Positions 9,466 to 18,265 of a stretch of 64,000 nucleotides of DNA are shown in pieces. Position numbers and translations under genes: made by a program. This DNA comes from an uncultured delta proteobacterium. GTDB lineage: Bacteria > Desulfobacterota > BSN033 > UBA1163. The notes beneath the pieces are model-generated. The model worked only from the letters and a program-made list of their open reading frames with translations. It had not been told where the DNA came from and did not search any database. The DNA is taken from positions 736,001 through 800,000 of the forward strand of contig CAWHBU010000003.1 of assembly GCA_963827685.1 (NCBI GenBank), given 5' to 3'. Numbering within the stretch: position 1 is the first letter of the stretch; every line of letters starts with the position of its first letter.

Positions 9466-10998
9466 CAGCGAATCTCTATGATCCTACCTTCAATCAACGG
9501 AGCAATCCTTTTCTTTTCTCTTATGTATTCCACCACCACATCTCTCAGCCATTTGCCTGACTCGCTGTAGACCACTTTTTCCCCTTTCATCATACCCCCG
9601 ATGACTGAGAAATCTCTGGATGATTTGATGGCTTCTCCAAAGGCCTTATATCCATCTCCTCCAACAGCCAGAAAATCATTCGTAGCCACAATATACTCTC
9701 TGTCGAAGTCGATTGGATGACCTGTCACAGAAATTTCCTCTATTCTTGAACCTCTTTCTTCCGATGGGGAATATTTAAAAGAGAGACCCGATACCTGCGG
9801 GAACCGACCTTCCTCATCCTCGACAGCGGATACCCCGTGCTCTAATGCTTCTTTAATCTGTCTCCCCGCCACTTTGATGGCAACGATGTAGTTGTCAAAA
9901 GGCAATACGGAGTAGATATCTCTTACTCTCATTTCCCCTTTTTTGATGCTTGTCCTGATCCCTCCTCCATTAATCAAGGTGACGTCAGCCCCCGATGTAC
10001 GTCTCATAATATCTGCAATAAAATTACCGAGGTTTGTCTCCATTTTTCTTACGTTTTCTCCATCCAGGTCTACCTCCGTCTCTCCAATTCTTTCATTGAG
10101 GACTGCTTCCACCCTTTTCCCATATCTTTCCATTATGGCCAAGGTTGCCTTATCCCCTTTACCCTTTTCGGGCCTGATTTCCTCGAGATGACCTTCGAAT
10201 CCGATGATCTTTCCATCTTTTACAATGAGGTCCAAAACACCGAGTGCTTTCCCATGTTCCCAGGCTTGAACGATAAGTGTGTTCCCAACCGTTATCGGTT
10301 TTACAATCTTCGTATGGGAATGTCCGCCCACGATCACGTCAATCCCCTTCACTTTCTCTGCGAGGTCCCTATCCGAAGGGTATCCTATATGCGATAGGAC
10401 GACAATGACATCAGCCTTTTCCTTCAATCCTTTAATGTATTTCTCCACGGTTTCTATCGGAGAGATAAATTTTAGACCCACCACATTCCGGGGATGGGTT
10501 GATAAGGGAACATCTTCTGTGACGATACCAATGACCCCTACTCTGATCCCTTTCAGTTCCTTGATGACATAAGGTCTGAGAGGGTCCAGACCCTCCACAT
10601 TGGCCCCAAGAATAGGAAACCTTGCCTCTGAAATTCTTTTCTTAAGCACCTCCTGTCCAAAATCAAATTCATGGTTTCCCAAGACCATCGCATCAAATCT
10701 CATCTCATTCATCCACTCCATCACGGATTCACCCTGAAAGAGATTTGCCCAGTTATTGCCCTGGATCATATCTCCCGCAGAAAGCAACAGAGATGGTTTT
10801 CCTTTACGAAGCCCGTTGACCTTAGCGGCAAGATAAGGAATGCCTCCTAACGGTTCATCTGATCCCAATGGTTTATACGGTTCAGCAAATCCATGGAAAT
10901 CATTGACATGAAGAATCCTGATTTCGACCTGCTGACCATAGGCGAAAGTCGTAAATAGGAAAAATACAAGAACAGAAGACAGCTTGCCATTTTTTCAT
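9465..10998 (-). CDS. UshA-like 5'-nucleotidase/metallophosphoesterase; the ATG is out of frame by one base
   Basis: ILHVNDFHG lies upstream of the track start; GDMIQG, GNHEFD, GGHSH and the C-terminal substrate domain are present. Confidence 0.85.
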
Positions 10999-11260
10999 AT
11001 AGGCTTTCTCTTAATAAACCATTCCGCTTTTCAATAAATTATTCATGACAAGAGTATGACGTGAAGAGTCGGTTTGTGCAGGAGTTTATAAGATATGCAT
11101 AGGGAAGTCAAGGTGCAAAGAAGCAGTTCCGAATTGAGGCTCAGCAAGTCGATTAGGAGTCAAAGTCAAAACGATTGATATAACCCAAGCGGTTTTTCTC
11201 GTATCCATCCTCCTCCAAAATAGAATTTGCTGATGAGCTAATATCTATATCAAAACATCT

Positions 11261-11298
11261 AAAAAAAGAAAAGGCCGGAAAGGAATCTACCGGCCTTT
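11261..11298 (-). terminator. Intrinsic terminator
   Basis: AAAGGCCGG-loop-CCGGCCTTT followed by a T-rich tract on the minus strand. Confidence 0.8.
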
Positions 11299-11305
11299 GA
11301 AATCT

Positions 11306-11422
11306 TTAAGAAGTTTTGATTGTCTTTCTTACCTTCTGATGAGCCGTTTCACGTCTTGCTCAGGACCAACGCAACGAACCACAGGTCGAACAATGAGTTG
11401 CATGGGGGAACATCCATCTCAT
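11306..11422 (-). CDS. Small CxxC peptide: 20 aa, or 38 aa if the in-frame UGA is read as selenocysteine
   Basis: AGGAGGTG RBS; MRWMFPHATHCSTCGSLRWS(UGA)ARRETAHQKVRKTIKTS-TAA; has its own promoter and terminator. Confidence 0.65.
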
Positions 11423-11448
11423 GGACCTCACCTCCTTCTTACACTATT

Positions 11449-11478
11449 ATTTTAAAGTCACTCTCCCTCACCTGTCAA
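11449..11478 (-). promoter_or_regulatory. Sigma70-type promoter of the small peptide gene
   Basis: TTGACA-N18-TAAAAT. Confidence 0.6.
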
Positions 11479-11570
11479 GGGAAAATTAAATTGGCAAGAC
11501 GAAGGAGAAAAAGGAGGAATACTTTCAATTCTTAAAGGCCTCGCTGATCGCGTTATAAAAAGGGAATCGC

Positions 11571-11969
11571 CTAATCTTTTCCTTTTTTCTTCAGAAAACC
11601 GAGGAGGTCGGATTCCTTGGAAGATTTTGTATTAGGCTTCTCCTTTTCAATGCCGGGCTTCAATTCTTCTCTTTTCAACTCCTTCTCCCGGATCATATGT
11701 CTCTCAATCCAGTGGTCGAGAGCTTTCACATCGAAAAGAACCCGGTCCCCAATTTTGAGGTAAGGAAGTTTTTTCAGGGAGGCCATCCGGTAGACGGTGT
11801 CTGTCGAAAGGCTTAAGTACTGGCTCGCTTCTTTGGCAGTAATCAATCTTCGGAGTTCGGGAATCTTTTTCATCCGGTCATCGATCCGTTCAAAATACTT
11901 CTCGAGCAGCAGCTCTGCCAGCATGTCTAAGAATTCTTTGACCGGAGGCCGGTATTCTTCTTGTGCCAT
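11571..11969 (-). CDS. Excisionase-like HTH_17 DNA-binding protein
   Basis: LITAKEASQYLSLSTDTVYRM...LPYLKIG...LDHWIE. Confidence 0.8.
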   Translation of the reverse strand: MAQEEYRPPVKEFLDMLAELLLEKYFERIDDRMKKIPELRRLITAKEASQYLSLSTDTVYRMASLKKLPYLKIGDRVLFDVKALDHWIERHMIREKELKREELKPGIEKEKPNTKSSKESDLLGFLKKKGKD

Positions 11970-11997
11970 TTGTCCCTCCAGAGAACAGGGTGATTTC

Positions 11998-13365
11998 TCA
12001 CCGTTCTTTTTCTCTTGCCACTTTCTGAATCTTCTTGAGGAGAGCGATGTTTTCTGTATGACCGGTCAGATGGGCAGTCACTTTTCCTCGAATCGGACGG
12101 TTGAGAAGATAGAAATCGCCAATCAAGTCAAGAATCTTATGCCGGACAAATTCGTCAGGAAATCGAAGTTCGGTGTTGACGACCTTCTCGTCATCAACCA
12201 GGATGACGTTGCTGAGTCGCCCACCCCCTCCCATCCCCATCCGTTCGAGCATCTTATAATCCTTGACAAAGCTAAAGGTTCTCGCTGGAGCGATCTCATC
12301 CTTGAAGGCCTCCTCGCTCCCTAAGATAAAGGCCAGGGTCTGCTGCCCGATGGGAGGGGGATAATCCAAAAAATAGTGAACAGAAAAGGTTTCAGCAGGT
12401 TCAATGACCAGAGACTTATCCCGATGGACGACCTGCAGTCGACGATCGATGATCAATTCGTCCACCCTCTCCTCTTGTTCCTCCACACCCGCCTCTTCGA
12501 CAATCTTACAAAACTCCAAAGCCGAGCCGTCCATCACCGGAATCTCTTCAATCATCTTCACCATCAAGTTGGTGATACGATAGGCGTGCAGCACTGCCAT
12601 GAGGTGCTCGACCGTCCTCGCAACGGCTCTCCCCTTTTTCAGAGAAGTGGCAGACTCTGTCGTTTCGACATAGTCGACATGGGCAGGAACCACTTCGTCC
12701 GCCGAGATGTTTCCGAACAGGATCCCGCTATGAGGGGGCAGGGGTTGAAGAAGGAGTCCTGTTTTTTTCCCAGAAAAAAGTCCTGTTCCGTAAAGCACCA
12801 TGCTCTGCTTCAGAGTACGCTGAGGCAATAAGGAGGTCCCTTTCTTGTTCGCAACCTCCTTGGCTAAGGGAATCGCTTCCCGGACGGAGGAAACGGGAGG
12901 TCCGGTGACTTCTCCGGCAATCTCTTTTGGAAAGATCTTCGTGGCCTGGAAGGGTTCTTCGGTGACAATTTCCCCCGATCGCTGGACGGTCAGCAACTCC
13001 TTCTGATGATTAAGGGCTCGATGGATGGTCATAAGAAGAACATCAAGAGAAAGAGGTTTTTCAATGAAGTCAAAAGCCCCTAATTTCACAGCGGTCATGG
13101 CAGTCGAGATCGTTGCATGACCGGAGATCATAATCACTTGACACTCTGGGGCAATCCATTTGAGCCGTTTCAATACCTCGATGCCATCCATCCCCGGCAT
13201 CCAGATATCGAGAAGCGTAACATCCGGCCCTTCTTCCTGAAAAACTTTTATTGCCTCTTCTCCACTCTTCGCCTGGGCGACTCGGAAACCTTCATCCTCC
13301 AGAACCCCCGCGATCGATTGGATCACTCTTTCCTCATCATCCACGATGAGGACTTTTCTCTCCAT
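11998..13365 (-). CDS. lpxC: Receiver domain fused to UDP-3-O-acyl-GlcNAc deacetylase
   Basis: N-terminal VLIVDDE/LLDIWMP/FIEKP receiver; C-terminal QRTL, TVEHLMA, DGSA, IAPARTF, RHKILDLIGD, GH. Confidence 0.9.
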   Translation of the reverse strand: MERKVLIVDDEERVIQSIAGVLEDEGFRVAQAKSGEEAIKVFQEEGPDVTLLDIWMPGMDGIEVLKRLKWIAPECQVIMISGHATISTAMTAVKLGAFDFIEKPLSLDVLLMTIHRALNHQKELLTVQRSGEIVTEEPFQATKIFPKEIAGEVTGPPVSSVREAIPLAKEVANKKGTSLLPQRTLKQSMVLYGTGLFSGKKTGLLLQPLPPHSGILFGNISADEVVPAHVDYVETTESATSLKKGRAVARTVEHLMAVLHAYRITNLMVKMIEEIPVMDGSALEFCKIVEEAGVEEQEERVDELIIDRRLQVVHRDKSLVIEPAETFSVHYFLDYPPPIGQQTLAFILGSEEAFKDEIAPARTFSFVKDYKMLERMGMGGGGRLSNVILVDDEKVVNTELRFPDEFVRHKILDLIGDFYLLNRPIRGKVTAHLTGHTENIALLKKIQKVAREKER

Positions 13366-13432
13366 AACGTCTCCCGCAAAGAGGATTTTGACTTTCCAAT
13401 ATCACAACCTCGTCAAAGAATCAACATCTTAT

Positions 13433-13552
13433 TGGAATACTGGAATAGTGGAATACTGGAACATTAGAAAAAGATCTTAAATTTAGGTATTTAGGAATTT
13501 AGGGATTCGCAATTCCTCAATTCCTTAATTCCTCAATTCACATTATTCCATT
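13433..13552. repeat. Two nested inverted octamer arrays
   Basis: Outer (TGGAATAS)x4 ... cattattcca; inner (TTAGGAAT)x3 facing (ATTCCTYA)x3. Confidence 0.85.
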
Positions 13553-15039
13553 TATTTATCGATCTGGGCCTTCTGAAGCCGACCACTGAAATCCCGATAG
13601 ATTACCTTCCATCGACTGTAGGTATCCAGAGCGCCCCCTCGACCTCCTGCCTCCTTCCTTCCATAACCCGAACTTTTGATCCCGCCAAAAGGCAGTTGTA
13701 TCTCCGCACCAATTGTGGACGCATTGATATACACAATTCCGGTCTCAAGATCCCTCTCTGCGACAGCCGATGCATTGACATCCTGGGTGTAAATGGCGGA
13801 GGAAAGTCCATACGGGGTGCGATTGACAATCTGAATGGCGACCTGAAGGTCTTCTGCCTTGATCACGGAAACCACGGGCCCAAAAATTTCCTCTTGGGCG
13901 ATCCGCATCTCAGGAGTTACCTCAATAAAGATGGTCGGTTCGATGAAATACCCTTTCGAACAGTCCCCTTTTTGATAGGCCTTCCCTCCCAAAATGAGTT
14001 TTGCCCCCTCTTTCTTTCCGATCTCGATATATTTGAGAATTTTGTTGAACTGGGATTCATTGATCACCGGCCCCACGTCTGTCTCTTTTTGAAGGCCATC
14101 TCCCAGTTTAAGACGGGAGGCGGCAGTCTTGAACTTTTCGATGAATTTCTGGTAGACTTTTTTGTGCACGACGATTCGACTGGCGGCAGTGCATCGTTGG
14201 CCGGTCGTTCCAAAACCGCCCCAGATGGCCCCTTCAACAGCCAAATCGAGGTTCGCATCATCCATGACAATGATCGCATTCTTCCCGCCCATCTCAGTCA
14301 CAATGATCCGATGAATGGCTCCACAAATTCCTTCGAGACGTTTCCCAGTATCAAAGGAACCCGTAAAGGAGATGGCATCCACCTCTGGATGGTTCACCAA
14401 ATATTCCCCCACCTCCCCTCCTGGCCCATGGATTAGATTCAGAACCCCTTTAGGCAAACCCGCCTCCGCCAGAGCCCCTACAAATTTTGCGGCACAGACG
14501 GTGGTATCGCTGGAGGGCTTCAAGACAACCGTATTGCCACAGATGAGGGCTGGAAAGACCTTCCATCCGGGAATAGCGATAGGAAAATTCCAGGGAGTGA
14601 TCAAGCCGAAAACACCAATGGGAACACGAATCGATTTCATATCCTTATTGCAAAGTTCGGAGGGAACGGTTTCTCCAGAAAGTCTTCTGCCCTCGCCGGC
14701 CATGTAATAACCCATGTCAACGGCCTCCTGGACATCGCCTAAACCTTCAGAAAGGATTTTACCCATTTCCCTGGTTTCGAGCTTTCCCAAAGATTCTTTA
14801 TTTCTCAAAAGAATTTCTGCAGCTCTGAACAGAATTTCACCCCGACGTGGGGCCGGGGTGAGTCGCCACTCTTCATAGGCTCCTCGGGCTGCCTTGACGG
14901 CCTGATCCACATCTTCCCGGCCTGACTTCGAGACAATTCCAATCACTTCATCTTTGTTGGCGGGATTGATCGACCGAAAAGTCTCTCCGGATTTGGAATC
15001 AACCCATTTCCCATCAATATAATTCTTAATACGTTCCAT
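13552..15039 (-). CDS. NAD(P)-dependent aldehyde dehydrogenase
   Basis: ITPWNFP, FTGS, EMGGKN, GQRCTA, EEIFGP. Confidence 0.95.
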   Translation of the reverse strand: MERIKNYIDGKWVDSKSGETFRSINPANKDEVIGIVSKSGREDVDQAVKAARGAYEEWRLTPAPRRGEILFRAAEILLRNKESLGKLETREMGKILSEGLGDVQEAVDMGYYMAGEGRRLSGETVPSELCNKDMKSIRVPIGVFGLITPWNFPIAIPGWKVFPALICGNTVVLKPSSDTTVCAAKFVGALAEAGLPKGVLNLIHGPGGEVGEYLVNHPEVDAISFTGSFDTGKRLEGICGAIHRIIVTEMGGKNAIIVMDDANLDLAVEGAIWGGFGTTGQRCTAASRIVVHKKVYQKFIEKFKTAASRLKLGDGLQKETDVGPVINESQFNKILKYIEIGKKEGAKLILGGKAYQKGDCSKGYFIEPTIFIEVTPEMRIAQEEIFGPVVSVIKAEDLQVAIQIVNRTPYGLSSAIYTQDVNASAVAERDLETGIVYINASTIGAEIQLPFGGIKSSGYGRKEAGGRGGALDTYSRWKVIYRDFSGRLQKAQIDK

Positions 15040-15054
15040 CTTCGCCCCTCACTC

Positions 15055-15084
15055 ACTCCGCAATCCGTATTCTACAATCTGCAA
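15055..15084. repeat. Single-arm heptamer array (NTCCGCA family)
   Basis: ctccgca atccgta ttctaca atctgca. Confidence 0.7.
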
Positions 15085-15086
15085 TT

Positions 15087-16115
15087 TTAATAGTTCCCTA
15101 CCCCAACCTTCTTTTTCAGGAGATCATAATCCTGCTCCGACGAAGCAAAAACTCCGGTGTTTCCCAACCTCACATTCCTCAGCCCGACGGCCTTGGCTTC
15201 CAGGTAGGCTTCAATCATCTCAGAAACCTTTGGATGTTTATACCGTTTCATTTGGTACTCTGGGAAAAAAGCCAAAATGGTAAAAGGGATTTCTGGATCG
15301 ACATCAAAAATCAATTGAGCGATCTTCTTCAACTGGGGCGTCTCCACGAGGTTTGGAATATAGAGAGAAAGGATTTCCAGAACAAAACCCCTTGTAACAA
15401 TCTCTTCGGGAAGTTTGAGGATGTTCCGGTTGAAACAGCCGGTCAACCACTTATGGTCGGTCCCGTCATAGGCCTTGATATCGAGCCAGAAAGAGTCAAC
15501 CCCTGCCTTCTTTAACGCATCGAGGTTCTGAGGGGTAAGGCCATAACCATTGGTTTCGATCAGCACCCATAACTCGGTCTCTGCCTTAATGAGGCGAGTA
15601 CAGTCGACATAGTACTCCGGACAACAGGTCAGATCTCCCCCTGTGAAGGCAACGATATTGCGGGCAGGCCCCCATCCCTGGGGACTTAAAACGATCTCTT
15701 TTTTCTGGATCACCTTGGGACAGAGAGAAGACCGTTTTCCATACATGACACAAGCCCCGCAACCACGACAGGAATCATGGGCATGAAAGGCAGTAGCTCT
15801 GTTTCGAGGCTCCCGGACGGTCACTTCTTTTTCATATTCTTTGCATGCCTTTAACACATCGGCAGGAGACCACCAATCGCCCTTGGCAATTCTTGTGAAA
15901 TTCCAGGAATGACATTTTCGGCAGGAGAAGTTACAACCTGATTGGTAGATGGAGAGGTAATTCTCTGGGCGCGAGAGATGGACAGCGGAGATGAGTCTGA
16001 GGAGACCATTGTCCGTCCTTTTGAGGGTGGCTTCACAGGCAGGAGACTTCCCCCGCTCGATCTCAATCAGACAGCTTCCCTGAGGATATCCTTGCTTAAT
16101 TAAATTACATTTCAT
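15087..16115 (-). CDS. Radical SAM protein, PFL-activase-like
   Basis: GCNFSCRKCH, FTGGD, IETNG, DIKA; extra CxxCxxC. Confidence 0.85.
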   Translation of the reverse strand: MKCNLIKQGYPQGSCLIEIERGKSPACEATLKRTDNGLLRLISAVHLSRPENYLSIYQSGCNFSCRKCHSWNFTRIAKGDWWSPADVLKACKEYEKEVTVREPRNRATAFHAHDSCRGCGACVMYGKRSSLCPKVIQKKEIVLSPQGWGPARNIVAFTGGDLTCCPEYYVDCTRLIKAETELWVLIETNGYGLTPQNLDALKKAGVDSFWLDIKAYDGTDHKWLTGCFNRNILKLPEEIVTRGFVLEILSLYIPNLVETPQLKKIAQLIFDVDPEIPFTILAFFPEYQMKRYKHPKVSEMIEAYLEAKAVGLRNVRLGNTGVFASSEQDYDLLKKKVGVGNY

Positions 16116-16218
16116 CCTAGAATTTTATCACATGGCGTCTTCCTCTTGCAAGTCACGTTAACCGTGTGCTATAGGGAATGGAAAACGGGAAATAACAAAT
16201 AGCAATGTGGAGGTAAGA

Positions 16219-16998
16219 ATGGAAGAACAAGTTAAAAAGATTGCACAATGGATTACCACTTCCAAAAAGGTGATCGTTTTTTCGGGGGCAGGTCTCAGCA
16301 CAGAATCCGGAATCCCGGACTTCCGTACCCCTGGTGGAGTATGGGACCGATATAATCCCGAGGACTTCTACTTCCAGAATTTCCTTGCCAGTGAAGCCTC
16401 CCGGGAGAAATACTGGCAGTTGGCAACGGAAATGTGGGGACCGATAAAAATGGCCCAACCTAATCAGGCTCATCTCGCCGTTGCAGAATTGGAGAAGCTG
16501 GGCAAACTTGAATGCATCATCACTCAAAACATCGATGGTCTGCACTTCAAGGCTGGAAATTCAGAAGAAAAGGTAATACAGCTTCATGGGACATCCATCA
16601 TTGTCTCCTGTTTGAGCTGCAATAAGAGATATGATCGCAATGAGATTCAAGAACGAATAAAGGAAGGACAGAAGGCCCCCCGTTGTGACGATTGTGGGGG
16701 AATTCTCAAACCTGCGACCATCTCATTCGGCCAATCGATGCCGGAGAGAGAAACACAAGAGGCTTACCATCGATCCTCACTCTGTGATCTCTTCATTGTC
16801 GTCGGTTCCTCATTGGTTGTCCAACCGGCTGCTTCAATGCCTCTGGTGGCAAAGAGAAGTGGAGCGAGACTGGTGATTATCAACCGAGACCCAACTCCTT
16901 ACGATGACATGGCGGATGTTGTCATTCATGGTGAGGCTGGCGCTACCATGGCCAGTGTTTTGCAACATGTAAAACGGGCGTTAGGAGTTGGGATTTAG
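16219..16998 (+). CDS. cobB: Sir2-family NAD-dependent deacylase
   Basis: GAGLSTESGIPDFR, TQNIDGLH, HG, two CxxC, GSSLVV. Confidence 0.92.
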   Translation: MEEQVKKIAQWITTSKKVIVFSGAGLSTESGIPDFRTPGGVWDRYNPEDFYFQNFLASEASREKYWQLATEMWGPIKMAQPNQAHLAVAELEKLGKLECIITQNIDGLHFKAGNSEEKVIQLHGTSIIVSCLSCNKRYDRNEIQERIKEGQKAPRCDDCGGILKPATISFGQSMPERETQEAYHRSSLCDLFIVVGSSLVVQPAASMPLVAKRSGARLVIINRDPTPYDDMADVVIHGEAGATMASVLQHVKRALGVGI

Positions 16999-17217
16999 GG
17001 GATGGAAACGTCTCTTCTCGAATGGATTGCTTTTAGTCGAATGAAATCCCCCTCTTATATCCATTCTTATTTTCTTATTAGTTCATTCCCAATAATCGAC
17101 TAAAAAACTGGACATTTTGTGTAACCATTATACAATAATTTGGCACTTTTGCAGGGTCAAATCAAATTACTTTGTAGAAAAATTCTGTAAATTCAAATAA
17201 TTATGATATCCAAAATT

Positions 17218-17233
17218 TGGCACTTATTTTGCT
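17218..17233 (+). promoter_or_regulatory. Sigma54 -24/-12 promoter
   Basis: TGGCAC-TTATT-TTGCT, canonical spacing, 42 nt before the ATG. Confidence 0.75.
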
Positions 17234-17275
17234 AAACTCTAATATGTTTAATGCTTTCCGTAAAGCAAAAGGTTT

Positions 17276-18235
17276 ATGAAGAACATATTCTTGATAATAA
17301 TAACACTTCTTTTCCTATTAGGTTGCGCCATTGTCGAGCCTACTACAAAATCTACTTCCTCAACACGGCCAACATACGGACAGATATTGAAAGAAAAGTA
17401 CAAAGGACCTAAGGCAAGAGTGGTTGTAATCAAGTTCGTCGATAAATCGGCCGGGTCAAGAGAGATGAGCCAGGTTGGGGAAGGAATGGCCGAGATGTTA
17501 CGTAATGCCTTGTTGCCCACAAATCGATATATTGTTCAAGTGCGGAAATCCTTAGATGACGTGGTCAGAGGCCAGGATATTGGAAACGGCGGTCGGGCGA
17601 AGAAAGGGAATGAGATTGATCTTCTGATTGATGGGGAGATTAGGGAATTCAAAGCCGGCATCCCAGGGGCCGGAGATGAAACAGGGGGGGCATCCCATGT
17701 TACCATTGTCGTAACGGTGACCGATCCAAGGACCAAACAGATTCTTGCCACCGAAAAAGTGAGAGCAAAGGCGACGGAATTTGGAGGACCTACCGGAAGA
17801 GTCGGCGGTGTCCTGCCAGAAGTATTCAGAGGTTTTTCAAAAACACTGATGGAGAAGGCAATACGTATGGCTATTGAGGAATCGGCGAGTTTAGTAGTCG
17901 CTAAGACACCCCCTGAGTGTTACCGGGTTGTGCCTGTTATGACAGCCTCTAAAACTCCTCCCGTATCTTCAAAAGCCACCCCACCTTCACCACCTTCTCT
18001 TCGTACCGCCGAAGTTTTATGGGACTCTGTGAATCTGCGTGAAGGGCCGGGAAAGGGCTATAAAGTCATAGGCAATGCAAAGAAAGGGACATCTCTGAAA
18101 ATCCTTGAGGTGGATGGAAATTGGTTGCGTGTTCGACTCGAGGACGGGAGTTCGGCATGGGTGAGTAAACTGGCCACTTCCGAGGCGCCCAAACCTTCAC
18201 CTTCTACGACTTCTGTTACACCCACGCCCATGTGA
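17276..18235 (+). CDS. Lipoprotein with CsgG/HfaB-like domain and C-terminal SH3b domain
   Basis: Lipobox LLGC; GMAEMLRNAL, DLLIDGEIREF; VNLREGPG...GNWLRV...AWV. Confidence 0.75.
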   Translation: MKNIFLIIITLLFLLGCAIVEPTTKSTSSTRPTYGQILKEKYKGPKARVVVIKFVDKSAGSREMSQVGEGMAEMLRNALLPTNRYIVQVRKSLDDVVRGQDIGNGGRAKKGNEIDLLIDGEIREFKAGIPGAGDETGGASHVTIVVTVTDPRTKQILATEKVRAKATEFGGPTGRVGGVLPEVFRGFSKTLMEKAIRMAIEESASLVVAKTPPECYRVVPVMTASKTPPVSSKATPPSPPSLRTAEVLWDSVNLREGPGKGYKVIGNAKKGTSLKILEVDGNWLRVRLEDGSSAWVSKLATSEAPKPSPSTTSVTPTPM

Positions 18236-18265
18236 TATCAAAAGGCTAATTTCAAAGAGGCATCC

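Noticed and set aside
11571-11969. Prophage or ICE marked by the excisionase-like gene
   Set aside because: No integrase, att site or phage genes adjacent.
13433-13552. CRISPR array
   Set aside because: Units are 7-9 nt, tandem, with no unique spacers; no cas genes.
13696-14436. Long antisense ORFs here and across the dcw genes
   Set aside because: Shadows of well-supported genes on the other strand.
17142-17154. Second sigma54 promoter (TGGCACTTTTGCA)
   Set aside because: GG-to-GC spacing is 3 nt too short.
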